Shown piece after piece: positions 26,618 to 40,828 of a DNA stretch of 64,000 bases. The DNA comes from Pecten maximus (Eukaryota), in contig NC_047029.1 in assembly GCF_902652985.1 (NCBI RefSeq), positions 7,192,001 through 7,256,000 on the forward strand, in the 5' to 3' direction. Within the stretch, counting starts at the first letter, position 1, and each line of letters starts with the position of its first letter. The notes under the pieces were generated by a model. It made no database searches, had not been told where the DNA came from, and saw nothing but the letters and a program-made list of their open reading frames with translations. The translations under genes and the position numbers were made by a program.

Positions 26618-28019
26618 CTGCAAAACGAAATATTCGATTATCTTTTCATATAATATGGCATTACTGCAGAAAAAAAATGGACCTAATTAATCCTAGGACG
26701 GTCAAGTCAAGATATCCTTGAAAGGAAACGCTGCACAACTTCGGGGATATTTACATCATTGATACATATTACGACACTGCCAATAAAATACCTAAGGTGC
26801 TTTTACTTGTCACAGAATGGCTTCTGTAGCTTGGCTTCCGCTCACGCAACGATTGCTCTTTCGGTAAAACACAACAACAGTTAGATAGCTGCAAGCAATT
26901 AATTACGATTTTGTGTTGATTACGTGCAATAACTGCGATAACACGTCAGAGCATTGTGTAATTATAGCTGTGTACAGTGATAATTAAATTTCTGAAGGAT
27001 ACTTATTAGGCAAGGAGAAAGCCAGATAATCTTTGTCAGAATATATGATGCTTAAGACGGAGTCAATTCAGCGGGGTAATAACACCAATGGTATCGTTAC
27101 AGGCCTACGTTTCAGTCATTTGTACTTGTGTTTAAGATTTCAATATCTTGTCGTTATGGCGTGTAAAAGGGTTAACATGATGTTCAAAAAGGTGTTTTAT
27201 GGGGTTCGATGTCTTCTTAACAAGAAAGAACAGATAGAAAAAAACAAAGCAAAGAATTAAAGAGCGCATAGGAACTGGGAAAAACAAGGTTCAAAGGAGG
27301 CTTTCATTTTACCGCCTCCCGAATCATGCAGCCGATTGCAGCAAACCTTAGACAGCATGGAGTATACGGCAAGCATGCTTTTCACTCACTCGCACACGGG
27401 TTGCGTTTAAAGGTGAAAATGGCTACAACATTCGAACGGGGGAAAAAAGATTCACGTAGGCAATGAGAAATTCGTTCACCCTTTTCGGTGATTATAAAAA
27501 CATGCTTACCATTTATCACCGACAATACATAGTAAAAGTAAAATAACGACACGCCAGAGACATGCAAACAATGCAATTCCAGAACAGGCCTCCAAATACC
27601 GTTGTAATCCGCCATTATGCGGGGATTATTTGAGACGTTTGTCCTGAGACGCCCGCATCTGCTTAGTCCCTTACTTGGCACTTCGTTGCGACTGATCCAC
27701 TGATTTAGCATACTATAAAAGTTCGCAAATGTAACTAACCTTACAATCTGCTAAAAGTGCATCAGCTCGAGCTCACATGCTGCTGGCCGTGATGCCAAAA
27801 ACTCCGGTGAATCTTTACTTTTAAAACAGTAGTTGGTGCAACTAGTGGCAAGATATGTCGATGTCTTCTCAATAACAGGCGCCGTTCTCTTATAGAAAAA
27901 CTCTTCATAATCAACTGGTGTCAAAACCAAAAGTATAGTATTATTGGAAGAGTTCAGAATCAATATAGAATTGTCCTATCTAAGTAGCTGGTATATGTAT
28001 TGATGTATAGCGGTGTTTT

Positions 28020-29720
28020 GATAATACTCCAATCTAGTGACATGTTAACCGACTTGTAAGGATTCCCTATCATCTTGTAAAATCCATATTACCACCGGCG
28101 TCTACAGCCTATTCCTGCTGCAGCATCCACAGTCCAGTTGGACACGTCAAAATTGGCGATCGTTGCATTATTCCTAACGATAAGTTACGAGAGCTTTTCG
28201 AGAAGGGTCCGAATTGAGTATGAATTCCAAGATACTTATGGATTGCATTGAAGAATTGGTAAAAGGAGACCATGCTACAGCAGCTTAAAATCCAAAATGA
28301 ATACAAAACGCAAATTTGAACTTTCTTGATCCAGATGTCAAAACTTGACATGTTTGTAGATAGCACTAGCGGATCCGGGGGGGGGTATGGCGCGAGCATT
28401 ACCACTAAATTACTGGACCCCCCTTTTCAAATTCCTGGATCCGCACCTGATTAATTTGATCTTTGTCTGTAAGCATAACACATCTCCTACTGACAAAAAA
28501 GAACTAGATTTGCTTGACAACCATAACCATCTTACCTATAATGTATACATTGCCTGGGGTATCTTCAGTATTGGAATATTTCAAAATCCCTGATTGTAAG
28601 AAGATGCTGATCTTACTCGTTTATATTGGATTTCTAACTTTATATGAATCCTTATATACAAATTTTTTATTACTGGCTTGTGTTGTTATTCAAATACTCT
28701 TTTATCGTAACATTCCTAGAACATTCAAGTCGAGACTACAGTCCTATTGGAGAACTGTTTTCCCCAAAAGAGGAAGAGATGGAATGTGGATTTTGAACTT
28801 CCATGTGTGCTCCTAAGATATGTTTCATCCCCCAGAAACGGTTTTTTTTCTTCTCTTTACAATACTATTCTCCGTTTCAAAATTCAGGAACGTCTTTGTC
28901 CTCATATAATGAGAACTTTCTTTTCCAAGAAAGGCGAACGGTGATAGCAACATATTTCGTAAAGTTTACGACTAGGGCTTATAGAAAATACATCCAAGAT
29001 GACGTCATGAGCATGGGTGACTTTCTGATCGACAGCATCTCTGTTCAGTGATCAGATCTCCCAACATAATTTTGGCATTCTCTTGGGAGCAAATTATACC
29101 CCTCTATTAGCTGACTTGTTAATTATATTGAAGATTGTGCAAAGTACTTAAATTTCACTTATATGTATATTGACTATGTCTTATCTATAAATAGCAAAAA
29201 CTTGTATTGGCCATCAAACTGAGGACACTACAGACTCTTCAACATCAACCGCTTACCTCGATCTTTACTGACAACGCAATCAGCTGGGAGAGCATACAAC
29301 TACCTGTATGATAGATGTGATAATTTACTGTTAATTTTCCATTTCTAAATAGCAGCATCCCTGCATCCCCTACCTACGTGGTTTACATGTCCCAGTTGAT
29401 TCGATATTCAAGGTTTGCTCTATTATCACGATTTCAGTGACATATATCAACTGCTGACAGAGACATTAACAACACAGTGTTTCGAGAGATGCGGGTTGAT
29501 AAAGACCATGGGAGAAGTTAGTTTTAGTGCCGACATTCTGACCTCATTTAAAGCTTATATGATATGAAGTCTGACGTTTTTGATGTTTGTTGATATGCCT
29601 CGAGGTTTCGTTGTTAGCACCTTAACTCTCATTTGAGATTTTAACCCGGATTTGACCTAGATTTCTATGACATCGCTGAAGCAGAAAACGATTACCCTTT
29701 GTGGAGAACCTTGACATATT
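28020..29720 (+). pseudogene. Decayed Penelope-like element reverse transcriptase plus 3' region
   Basis: Frameshifted motifs in expected order: GHVKIGD..II.NDKLRELFEKGP (~28140-28210), IFVCK, MWIL, GILLGANYTPLLADL (29074), YID(Y)VLSIN (29166), TTDSS..AYLDL, VNFPFLNSSIPASPTYVVYMSQLIRYSR. Confidence 0.82.
28368..28450. mobile_element. Small MITE remnant inserted in the Penelope-like RT
   Basis: GCGGATCCGGG...CCTGGATCCGC inverted ends interrupt the RT motif series. Confidence 0.5.
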
Positions 29721-30149
29721 CTCCTCGTGTTGTTTTCAGGAATCTCAATGAAAAACAATATTGTTGCTATTATTTGCATTATTTTCATTGTTATGTAGGC
29801 ATCCTTTGTTGTTTCATCTCTGTGTCCGAATATGGTCTGACAATTTTCCACTGTGATATTAAGCCATCGATTTCTTGAAGTCGAAGGATAAACGCAATGA
29901 GCGTTGAGCAATATACCAACCGATGACAATAGACAATGCATTATACATTCCAACGACTATTTAGACACCCATACATTCGCCGACTACGATAGCAGTTTTC
30001 ATCGACAGCAGGACTATAGCCGATACTAAGCTGGTCAACCACAATTTAGTCGACATTATGTTCGCCGACCACTACAGCAGATACTATGTTTGCCGACCAC
30101 TAAAGTCGGCAATATCGTCTTCAACCACTATAGCCGACAAATTCCATCG

Positions 30150-32785
30150 ATACAGTCGACACTGTTCACCGATGACAACAGTCGACACTGTTCACTGATG
30201 ACTACAGTCGACACTGTTCACTGATGACTACAGTCGACACTGTTTCACTGATGACTACAGTCGACACTGTTCACTGATGACAACAGTCGACACTGTTTAC
30301 TGATGACTACAGTCGACACTGTTCATTGATGACAACAGTCGACACTGTTCATTGATGACAACAGTCGACACTGTTCCCCAATGTCTACAGTCGACACTGT
30401 TCACTGGTGACTACAGTCGACACTGTTTACTGATGACTACAGTCGACACTGTTTACTGATGACTACAGTCGACACTGTTCACTGGTGACTACAGTCGACA
30501 CTGTTCATTGATGACTACAGTCGACACTGTTCACTGATGACTACAGTCGACACTGTTCACTGATGACAACAGTCGACACTGTTCACCGATGTCTACAGTC
30601 GACACTGTTCACCGATGACTACAGTCGACACTGTTTCACTGATGACTACAGTCGACACTGTTCACCGATGTCTACAGTCGACACTGTTCACCGATGACTA
30701 CAGTCGACACTGTTTACTGATGACTACAGTCGACACTGTTCACTGATGACTACAGTCGACACTGTTCACCGATGACTACAGTCGACACTGTTCACCGATG
30801 ACTACAGTCGACACTGTTCACTGATGACTACAGTCGACACTGTTCACCGATGACTACAGTCGACACTGTTCACTGATGTCTACAGTCGACACTGTTCACT
30901 GATGACTACAGTCGACACTGTTCACTGATGACTACAGTCGACACTGTTCACTGATGACTACAGTCGACACTGTTCACTGATGTCTACAGTCGACACTGTT
31001 CACTGATGACTACAGTCGACACTGTTCACTGATGACTACAGTCGACACTGTTCACTGATGACTACAGTCGACACTGTTCACTGATGACTACAGTCGACAC
31101 TGTTCACTGATGTCTACAGTCGACACTGTTCACCGATGACTACAGTCGACACTGTTCACCGATGACTACAGTCGACACTGTTCACTGATGACTACAGTCG
31201 ACACTGTTCACCGATGACTACAGTCGACACTGTTCACTGATGACTACAGTCGACACTGTTCACCGATGACTACAGTCGACACTGTTCACTGATGACTACA
31301 GTCGACACTGTTCACTGATGACTACAGTCGACACTGTTCACTGATGACTACAGTCGACACTGTTCACTGATGACTACAGTCGACACTGTTCACCGATGAC
31401 TACAGTCGACACTGTTCACTGATGTCTACAGTCGACACTGTTCACTGAATGACAACAGTCGACACTGTTCACCGATGACTACAGTCGACACTGTTCACTG
31501 ATGACTACAGTCGACACTGTTCACTGATGACTACAGTCGACACTGTTCACCGATGACTACAGTCGACACTGTTCACTGATGTCTACAGTCGACACTGTTC
31601 ACTGATGACTACAGTCGACACTGTTCACCGATGACTACAGTCGACACTGTTCACTGATGTCTACAGTCGACACTGTTCACTGATGACTACAGTCGACACT
31701 GTTCACCGATGTCTACAGTCGACACTGTTTACTGATGACTACAGTCGACACTGTTTACTGATGACTACAGTCGACACTGTTCACTGATGACTACAGTCGA
31801 CACTGTTCACTGATGACAACAGTCGACACTGTTCACTGATGACTACAGTCGACACTGTTCACTGATGACAACAGTCGACACTGTTCACTGATGACTACAG
31901 TCGACACTGTTCACCGATGACTACAGTCGACACTGTTCACTGATGACTACAGTCGACACTGTTCACTGATGACTACAGTCGACACTGTTTACTGATGACT
32001 ACAGTCGACACTGTTCACTGATGACAACAGTCGACACTGTTCACTGGTGACAACAGTCGACACTGTTCACTGATGACTACAGTCGACACTGTTCACTGAT
32101 GACTACAGTCGACACTGTTCACTGATGACTACAGTCGACACTGTTCACTGATGACTACAGTCGACACTGTTCACCGATGACTACAGTCGACACTGTTTAC
32201 TGGTGACTACAGTCGACACTGTTCACTGATGACTACAGTCGACACTGTTCACTGATGACAACAGTCGACACTGTTCACCGATGACTACAGTCGACACTGT
32301 TCACTGATGACTACAGTCGACACTGTTCACTGATGACTACAGTCGACACTGTTCACTGATGACTACAGTCGACACTGTTCACCGATGACTACAGTCGACA
32401 TTGTTCACTGATGACAACAGTCGACACTGTTCACCGATGACTACAGTCGACACTGTTCACTGGTGACAACAGTCGACACTGTTCACTGATGACAACAGTC
32501 GACACTGTTCACCGATGACTACAGTCGACACTGTTAACTAATGACTACAGTCGACACTGTTTACTGATGACTACAGTCGACACTGTTCACCGATGACAAC
32601 AGTCGACACTGTTCACCGATGACTACAGTCGACACTGTTCACCGATGACTACAGTCGACACTGTTCACTGATGACTACAGTCGACACTGTTTACTGGTGA
32701 CTACAGTCGACACTGTTCACTGGTGACTACAGTCGACACTGTTCACTGATGACTACAGTCGGCAATGTTCACCGATGACTACAGT
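30150..32785. repeat. 26-bp minisatellite (GACTACAGTCGACACTGTTCACTGAT), ~100 copies
   Basis: Tandem periodicity; one GTCGAC per unit; diverged related units at 29960-30150. Confidence 0.97.
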
Positions 32786-32915
32786 AAGTTACATGAATCT
32801 GTGATGACAATTTTTTCCCACTATTTTGAGTCATTAAAATATGGTCGTGGATTTATACATAAAAAAAACACTAACAGAAACATAGTGTTGTCTTTAATTC
32901 AAATAAAATAGTTAC

Positions 32916-32931
32916 CTGGAATCTGTCGTGC
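32916..32931 (-). other. Putative 16-nt micro-exon (coding TTDS, or 5'UTR)
   Basis: gatttttgtag|GCACGACAGATTCCAG|gtaact. Confidence 0.4.
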
Positions 32932-34664
32932 CTACAAAAATCACGAAGGATGTTCAAACATCGGTTTCCGGTGATGTCAATACAAACACAAGATAGATCG
33001 GTTCACACCTGCCAATCTGGAGATAAACTGCCCGTAAGCTTCAGATTGTGTCGCATCGCACTGTAGTAAGTGTGGGAAATACACACGTTTACACGAGCAT
33101 GCATAGATTGAGGTTGGTACACTTATCAGTTGCCTTGACCCTATAAAGGCTATGAAGAGTGTTGAAATCAGGATTAAATCGTTCTAGTTATACATACCAA
33201 CGCTTACAAGACAATAAATCATGCTAAGATCGTCACCCATACACCTCAGAAACGTGTCGTGATTACGAAAAGGCGTTAACATGTGTGGGAGAACTGGTGA
33301 TGTCTCTTCATCCGTATCTCAGGTACAAAGTGAAATCACTGAACCGTAAAGCAGATGCTTTATTGGGTATAAAAACTTATATTTCTATCAAGCTCTTTGT
33401 GACTAATATATTAGCGCACACATTTTTACGACAACACTATCACAAATGTGATATGACATTTTGATAACGCTGTGGAATTTAAATGTCTTACTTTACCTAA
33501 TTGTGTTTCAAGATTCGTGTCAACCAACTCGTTGTGAAGTGCTAATTCAGCGTTTTGTTATTAAGTTTAGTTTAGATAAATGAGGTTTGAAACATGTAAT
33601 ATAATCAGAATTGTTCTTCCATACTCAAGAGCGTTCAATGGTGTCTTCGGGCTTTTGAGCAATCGCGAACTATTCTAGTTGTGTATCTAACACCTGAAGC
33701 ATGCAATAGACGTTCGTTTGATTACCAAAAAAAAAGAAGTTAAAAACGTGTAATCGCTCAGATGGTTGATCGACTGAGATGGCCAGCCGATGTGTCTTGG
33801 CGTGACAAGAGTTTCGGGCTGATTGGAGCTGTGATTAGCTCTACTTCATTGGACGGATGGCGACGCTGTAGTTTCGTGCACAATACCAATTAAACGCCAG
33901 GAGGGACGGAATCCTGACTGTCTGCCGCCAATATTCAGCAGGTTGACGGTCGTACGGAGATGGCTGGCGGGTTATTCATAGAACTGAAATCTTTGTGTCC
34001 TGTGATAATAAATGCTTAGTGTTTAATCTTGTATCCAAAGACTACCTGGCTACTGGGAAAGAGGACAGGCCTGACCAAGTTAAGATCAAAGCCATACAAC
34101 GGATGTTGATTTCGAGGAGTTACGAAAGAGAGTATCGATTATGTACAATTGATTAAAACTGCAGAGTACCCGGTAAACCATCGGATCATCTCGTCCTCTT
34201 TCGTATGTGGGAAAAGAATCGGGGAAATTTGTTTCCTTTCTTATTAAGGAAAACAATCGAAGCAAATTATTTCATTTAATAGAAAAGCAATCGAGACACA
34301 TTGTCGCCTTTCTAAAAGAAGAAAATATCATAATATGTACATGTTTGCTTTATATGACATAAAACAATCTGAACACAGATTTTCATTTCTTATATAGGAA
34401 AACAATTGACACGGTGTCTCCATTCTACAACAAAAGATCAACGGAATACATTTTTGTCTTTCTTGTGAAGAATAATACATTAAGAAAACATGTCGCATTT
34501 TTGTTATGTAGGGAAACAATTGGAATGCATTGTCTTATATTTCATGAATAAAGTAAGGTATAGCCTTATCTATAAGTAATTGTTTACTCTCAAATTCTGC
34601 TGCTGATATCGATGATTATTTTTTAAATACTTGCTGAATAATCGCTCAGCAAATTTTAACTTAC

Positions 34665-34770
34665 AGCAACAAGTCTTCCTCTGGTACAGCTTATACTCGA
34701 CACTGGCTTATGCATTTAACAGTCTCTGGAACTGAGGAGAGTGGGTTTTGTGATAGTATAGGCTATCTGC
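34665..34770 (-). other. Putative 106-nt exon, likely 5'UTR
   Basis: gtattttcag|GCAG...TTGCT|gtaagt; has an in-frame stop relative to the downstream frame. Confidence 0.4.
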
Positions 34771-34809
34771 CTGAAAATACTTTTCATGAACTAACAGAAT
34801 TCCAGTTTA

Positions 34810-35205
34810 ATGGTTGTTGTATTAATATGATTCCTTCGTGCATGTGTTGTGTTGCATCTAAACTGCTATAAACGTACATATTTAGCGGTTTTCTTATTTA
34901 AGTTTTTTTCACTAGAACGCTAAATTGCGCTATTTGCACTTTCTTAAACTGTTTCTATATAAAATAATATTGGAGCGCCAATTCATCAATGCGCTAAGTT
35001 AAATGGTTGTTGTATTGATATGATTCCTTCATGCATATGTTGTATGTGGTGTTATTTTGCAACTAAACTGCTATAAATGTACATATTTAGCGGTTTTCTT
35101 ATTCAAGGTTTTTTTCCCACTAGAACGCTAAATTGCGCTATTTGCACTTTCTTAAACTGTTTCTATATAAAATAATATTGGCGCGCTAATTCATCAATGC
35201 GCTAA
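34810..35205. repeat. ~195-bp direct tandem duplication
   Basis: AATGGTTGTTGTATT...CATCAATGCGCTAA present twice (34810, 35002). Confidence 0.85.
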
Positions 35206-35649
35206 TCGCTTAAAAAATGGAAATGCGTTGAAAAAGTATGCCAAATACAGTACATTCACAGTACTTTGTAGTTACAAGTGCAAGTAAAAAGTATCGAATT
35301 TATCCTAGTCTGTAACTAGCCCCCCAGGAGGCCATAAGCCCCGTACTATTGACGCCATCAAACTGTGGATCCATGTATATACATTTCAACTACGATTCAC
35401 GACACGTTGGTTCCTAGAAACATACCCGATGTTTATTACCATGAAACATGTATAAATGATATCCTACCAATCTTATTAAATGCTTTGCTGTGGGTTATCG
35501 CTGAATCATGTGACCGAGTACTTACGGGGATTACAATTTGTCGCCTGTTACGATTACGTGTCTAACTGTACATGGGTCTGGTTCATGTGTACCCCAACAG
35601 ATAAATAGACGAATCTACACAGAACTGAACTTTATCATAACCATTCAAT

Positions 35650-36165
35650 AGTCTCCCTAGAAACCAGGGGAACTATACTGGTTTCCTCTCCGTCCGTTTT
35701 GTATAGGTGGCCGCGGTGGCCGAGTGGTTAAGGTGTCCCGACACTTTAACGCTAGCCCTCCACCTCTGGGTTGCGAGTTCGAAACCTACGTGGGGCAGTT
35801 GCCAGGTACTGACTAGGCCGTTGGTTTTTCTCCGGGTACTCCGGCTTTCCTCCACCTCCAAAACCTGGTACGTCCTTAAAGACCCTGGCTGTTAATAGGA
35901 CGTTAAACAAAACAAACCAAACTCCGTCCGTTTTATACGTATGTACGTACGTAACGCTAGAGATTGTCAGCACTCTAACAGCTTTATTCCTGGAGGGATT
36001 TTGTCCAAACTGCACACGATGATAAAAGGGCCACCCTGACCATCGAGACATGATATCTCGGACAAGTTTGAGTTTCAGAGATTTTGGGTCAATGTCATTG
36101 TTAATTTTTCAGCGAGGGACGGTAGAGGACATGTATTGCTTTAATAATGCCCAGTATGTTTGTTT
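35650..36165 (+). mobile_element. Helentron-associated (HINE/DINE-like) non-autonomous element, interrupted by a SINE
   Basis: Terminal TAGTC.CCC...GGGGAACTA inverted repeat, GTCC/GTAC microsatellite, body homologous (inverted) to 42381-42650. Confidence 0.65.
35706..35921 (+). mobile_element. Full-length tRNA-derived SINE with V-like central domain
   Basis: A box TGGCCGAGTGG, B box GTTCGAAAC, TTTCTCCGGGTACTCCGGCTTTCCTCC domain, AAAC tail; TSD CTCCGTCCGTTTT(G)TATA at 35688-35705 and 35922-35937. Confidence 0.9.
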
Positions 36166-37799
36166 ATTTTTAAACCGGTTGTTTGTTTGGTCAGTTTTGT
36201 ATTGTGAAAATGTACATTGTGTTGTGTGGCAAACATAGTACTGTTTTGTTAGCTCGTATAGTGTAATACTGAGTAAACGTCCAATACGTAATGATATAGA
36301 CATGTGTAATCCTGTGTATATAAGGAACCAATATTGGCAGTGAAAGTAATCACAAAATTTACATTTCCCGTCAAGGTAAGTTGTACGGTAAAATGTGTAG
36401 TGAACTGAGAAAGGTTTATAACCAGAGCCTATGTACATATGTAACAAGCTATAACCCCCTCTGGTATGTACGTATTTACACCTGTGATAGGGGAACCCTT
36501 TAAACCTCCGTCTTTCTTTGTGTTTCTGACCCGAACCTTGTCTCTGTGTTTGAGGAGCTTTCCCCACAATAGGCCGTTAGTCCGCTATCAAACCCCGTAG
36601 ACCGCCATTAGTAAAGGTTAATGGGATTATCCTGTTTTCACGGACATGTGCGGTATTTGGTAACGTCATTGTAATGGGGTGTACCGACAGCAATGGACAT
36701 ATAGTCTTAAAGCAACCTATTACTGTGCGTCCTAAGAAGCAGTGGACAGCAGCTTGCCGTCGGCGTCTATAATTATATGAACTTGGTGGATTTCCTATGA
36801 TGCTGAAAATGGATAGCTCGTCCAAATGTTGGACGTTCGCACTCAACGTACTTATGGGGTGCATTAGCGATTCCTTCCGTCAAAATATTTCCGTCTATGG
36901 GAGACGAAAATGACATTAAATAAGAGGTTTCCGTACAATTAGACCCATATATTTGCGTATCTGCATTATGGCAACGTGGTGAATAATAACGAATTTTGAA
37001 ATATATATTGAATTGTGAGTTGTACCCCAACAGTTTTCAGTAAGTTGTTTGTAGCATTAAGACCTAGCTATTCCGTGATGTCCAGCCCAACTTGGTAGGT
37101 TAAGAGTTATAAGTGATATGATGGTAACAATCCCGTGGTCTCGCTCTTCTTATAACATTGTTATATGTTATCGTCTTCTCAAAACCACGTGACTTGAAAG
37201 TAAATTTGTCTCTGAGCTAGTTTCATTTAAGAATTAAACAAATATAATCTGATCTTCTGATTATATTCTGTCTATGTTCAAGTTTAAAATACGTAAATCT
37301 ATGTCCCCGAGTTTAACTTTTATTTTAGAAACCGACAAAAATAGACTAGCCTTTGCTTCTTATTTCATTCCGTCTTCGTTCGTTTAAACTACCATTAAAG
37401 GTCAACGAACCATCCTCGTAGTGCTCTACAATACCATTTTATTTTAGTAACTCAAACCCAGTGTAGTAATAAAAGGGGACGAAACTGGCAACGAAAATGT
37501 CCCGTCAAGGGGACAAGGCTGACCACTGAAGATATCTAAAAACAACAGAGAAAATGGGACAGGACTGACCACCGGAGATATCTAAATAGAACAGAGAAAA
37601 TATGACAAGACTGACCACCGGAGATATCTAAAAACAACGCCGACGGTAAAACGAAACCATAATGTTTAGATCAAATACAGTATAGAAAATATAGAATGAG
37701 TGCGAAATACCAACAAAAATAATAACTTTCATGAAAGTTCTTAAAAAGTTTTGGGAGTAAGAGTATGTGCTTCGGAAGAGTAAGCGTCTTCCGCTTCAC

Positions 37800-39003
37800 C
37801 GACGACAGGCGCCATACAAATATAGGTCACTATGACACCCGCAATACACATCTAGGTCATAACGACACCCGCCATACAAATCTAGGTCACGACGACAGGC
37901 GCCATACAAATCTAAGTCAAATCTACGACATCCGCCATACAAATCTAGGTCACGACGACAGGTGCCATACAAATCCAGGTCATGACGACAGGCGCCATAC
38001 AAATCTAGGTCAAGACGACAGGCGACATACAAATCTAGGTCAAATCGACGACACCCGCCATACAAATCTAGGTCACGATGACACCCGCCGTACAAATCTG
38101 GGTCACGATGACACCCGCCGTACAAATCTGGATCACGATGACACCCGCCGTACAAATCTGGGTCACCACGACAGGCGCAATACAAATCTAGGTCACGACG
38201 ACAGGCGCCATACAAATCTAGGTCAAATCTACGACACCCGCCATACAAATATAGGTCACGACGATACCCGCCATGCAAATCTAGGTCACGACGACGCCCG
38301 GCATACAAATCTGGGTCACAATGACACCCGCTGTACAAATCTGGGTCAAATCTACGACACCCGCCATACAAATATAGGTCACGACGATACCCGCCATGCA
38401 AATCTAGGTCACGATGACACCCGCCGTACAAATCTGAGTCACGATGACACCCGCCATACAAATCTAGGTCACGACGACAGGCGCCATACAAATCTAGGTC
38501 ACGACGACAGGCGACATACAAATCTAGGTCAAATCTACGACACCCGCCATACAAATATAGGTCACGACGACACCCGCCATGCAAATCTAGGTCACGACGA
38601 CACCCGCCATACAAATCTAGGTCACGATGACACCCGCCGTACAAATCTGGGTCACGATGACACCCGCCGTACAAATCTGAGTCACGATGACACCCGACAT
38701 ACAAATCTAGGTCACGACGACACCCGCCATACAAATCTAGGTCACGACGACAGGCGCCATACAAATCTAGGTCACGATGACACCCGCCGTACAAATCTGG
38801 GTCACGATGACAACCACCGTACAAATCTGGGTCACGATGACACCCACCGTACAAATCTAGGTCACGATGACACCCGCCGTACAAATATAGGTCAAATCGA
38901 GGACACCCGCAATACAAATCTAGGTCACAACGACACCCGCCATACAAATCTAGGTCACAGCAACACCCGCCATATAAATCTAGGTCAAATCGAGGACACC
39001 CGC
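37800..39003. repeat. 30/33-bp minisatellite (~39 copies) expanded from a Penelope-like 3' segment
   Basis: Minus-strand unit (GATTT)GACCTAGATTTGTATGGCGGGTGTCGTC runs into GTGAAGCGGAAGACGCTTACTCTTCCGAAGCAC, matching 19482-19536 and 29650-29700. Confidence 0.9.
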
Positions 39004-40797
39004 CTATCCATATGCCAATAATGCAATACAAAGCTATGACTATCCAATATCTACTTTGAAAGTGTATTGTTTAGTTCAGACAACAATACCATTGTTTAAA
39101 TAACAAAAGAGTATACCAGGGGATTTAATGGAAAATAAACTAACTCTAACTAATAAACATACGTGAATTCATTTGTCTTGAGCGTGTTTCTAAAGATACG
39201 TGATTTGACTGGTGACGTAATCTACAATCAGGGCAGGGCCATGTCCCAGTTTTTCATTACAGAGTTTAAAAACACAAAAATCAGAAACGAAACAGATAGC
39301 AATTAAGATATCCGATATCCTGAAAGCCGTCCAGTTCAAAATGGTAAAAAATACGAACATTCTTTATTATTTGTGAATTCCTCAATGCGACTGAATTATA
39401 TACCTAGTCGGTATAATGCGTCCGTCGAATGTGACGACGTTTTAAAAATGACGCCGCTTTGTACCCAACGAAAATTGATACTTACAATGACATGTCCTCC
39501 GAGTTGGTAGGTCAATTTTGTTACCGTAGTCTATTTTTTTTTAACTACAATTGTAAAACTATTTCTTTGAATAACTTTACTGCTCAAGGTAGAAAAGAAA
39601 AGCGTATTTCCTGCTAAGCAGGAACTTGACAAGATTCATGTTAAATTGTGAAACTGAATTGTCATTATTTGACACGTATATAGATAGCATGTTTACTTAA
39701 TTATATGTGTGAAGTTCGGGAATGTATTCCGGCATCCAAGTTAGGTACACTTATTGTACTTAACGATGGTGTTAAAAAAAACTATGGTCTACTCTGAGCT
39801 GGGTCGCTTCACTTTAAAAGTTAGTCGTAAGATTACTATCATCAAATATTGGCTTAAGCCATTGAATACTGATAATTGCGTTTTAAAACCGTGTTATAAT
39901 GAACTCGTGAAGCTTAGTATAAGTAAGCCTAACTGTAAAATAAATTGTATGTATCACGTTAAACGAGAGCTTAGTCGTATAGGGTTTTATGACACTTGAT
40001 TACCCAAGCATATATCTCTTTAAAAAATGAAAAATAAATAAATAAATAACTGAAAATATATAAAAAAAAAAAAGCCTTATGCACACAATATCTGCAGGAT
40101 ATTTTATCAAAAACATTTGAAAACTCTCCTAAGTACATTCTATATAAGCACATTGTTGATCGGTTTGAATTGTAGATAAATCAAAAATATCCTTACTAAG
40201 TTTAGGGTACTAGCACATAATATTTTAGTGTTGATAGATAGCAAGGTATCTCCAGAGTCAAGTGGCTGTCTTTATTATTCAATAGAGGATAAGATAAAAT
40301 TGGAACTCATTTTATTTTATTTTTCCCGCTTACTCAGAATTGAGAACATTGTATTACTAAATGATGGTATATATAGTCAGTGTCATTTTCACCGAATTTT
40401 AATCTTAATTGACAAATTCTCAGATCCCTGTGAACAATCTTTTTCAAGATTTTTCTAAAATTTCAGCCATTACACCCACTTAACAATTTCTCGTCGCGTT
40501 TTAACCCTTCCTCACACAAATTACAAAAATGACATCGTCGCTTAAAATGCTGACGCATGAAAATGTCAGGAAACTGAAGAAGGAGAAAAAGTTTTATAAT
40601 AGATCTGTGCAGTGAGAACAGTACGACAGTTTCTATACCTGGGCTGTACTATAAATTATTCATATAGAGTATTTCTCCCGGCTTTTTTCTCTATTGTTAT
40701 CCGATTCTATCTCACGTGTCAGCTTTATGTCATAAGGGCTATCTTAAACTGTTAACGCGCGCGATAAGAAATCTCGAGATTTCTATGATGCACTTAC

Positions 40798-40828
40798 GCC
40801 TTGTCTTAATCGGTTACATAACTTTAAG
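40798..40828 (-). other. Candidate 31-nt exon
   Basis: ccattgtcag|CTTA...AAGGC|gtaagt. Confidence 0.3.

Noticed and set aside
30150-32785. CTGATGA...CGACA in each 26-bp unit resembling a hammerhead core
   Set aside because: GACA instead of GAAA in all copies and no compatible stems I-III
36109-37030. Cluster of 85-152 aa minus-strand ORFs
   Set aside because: No recognisable domain and no convincing donor/acceptor pair; partly overlaps a HINE
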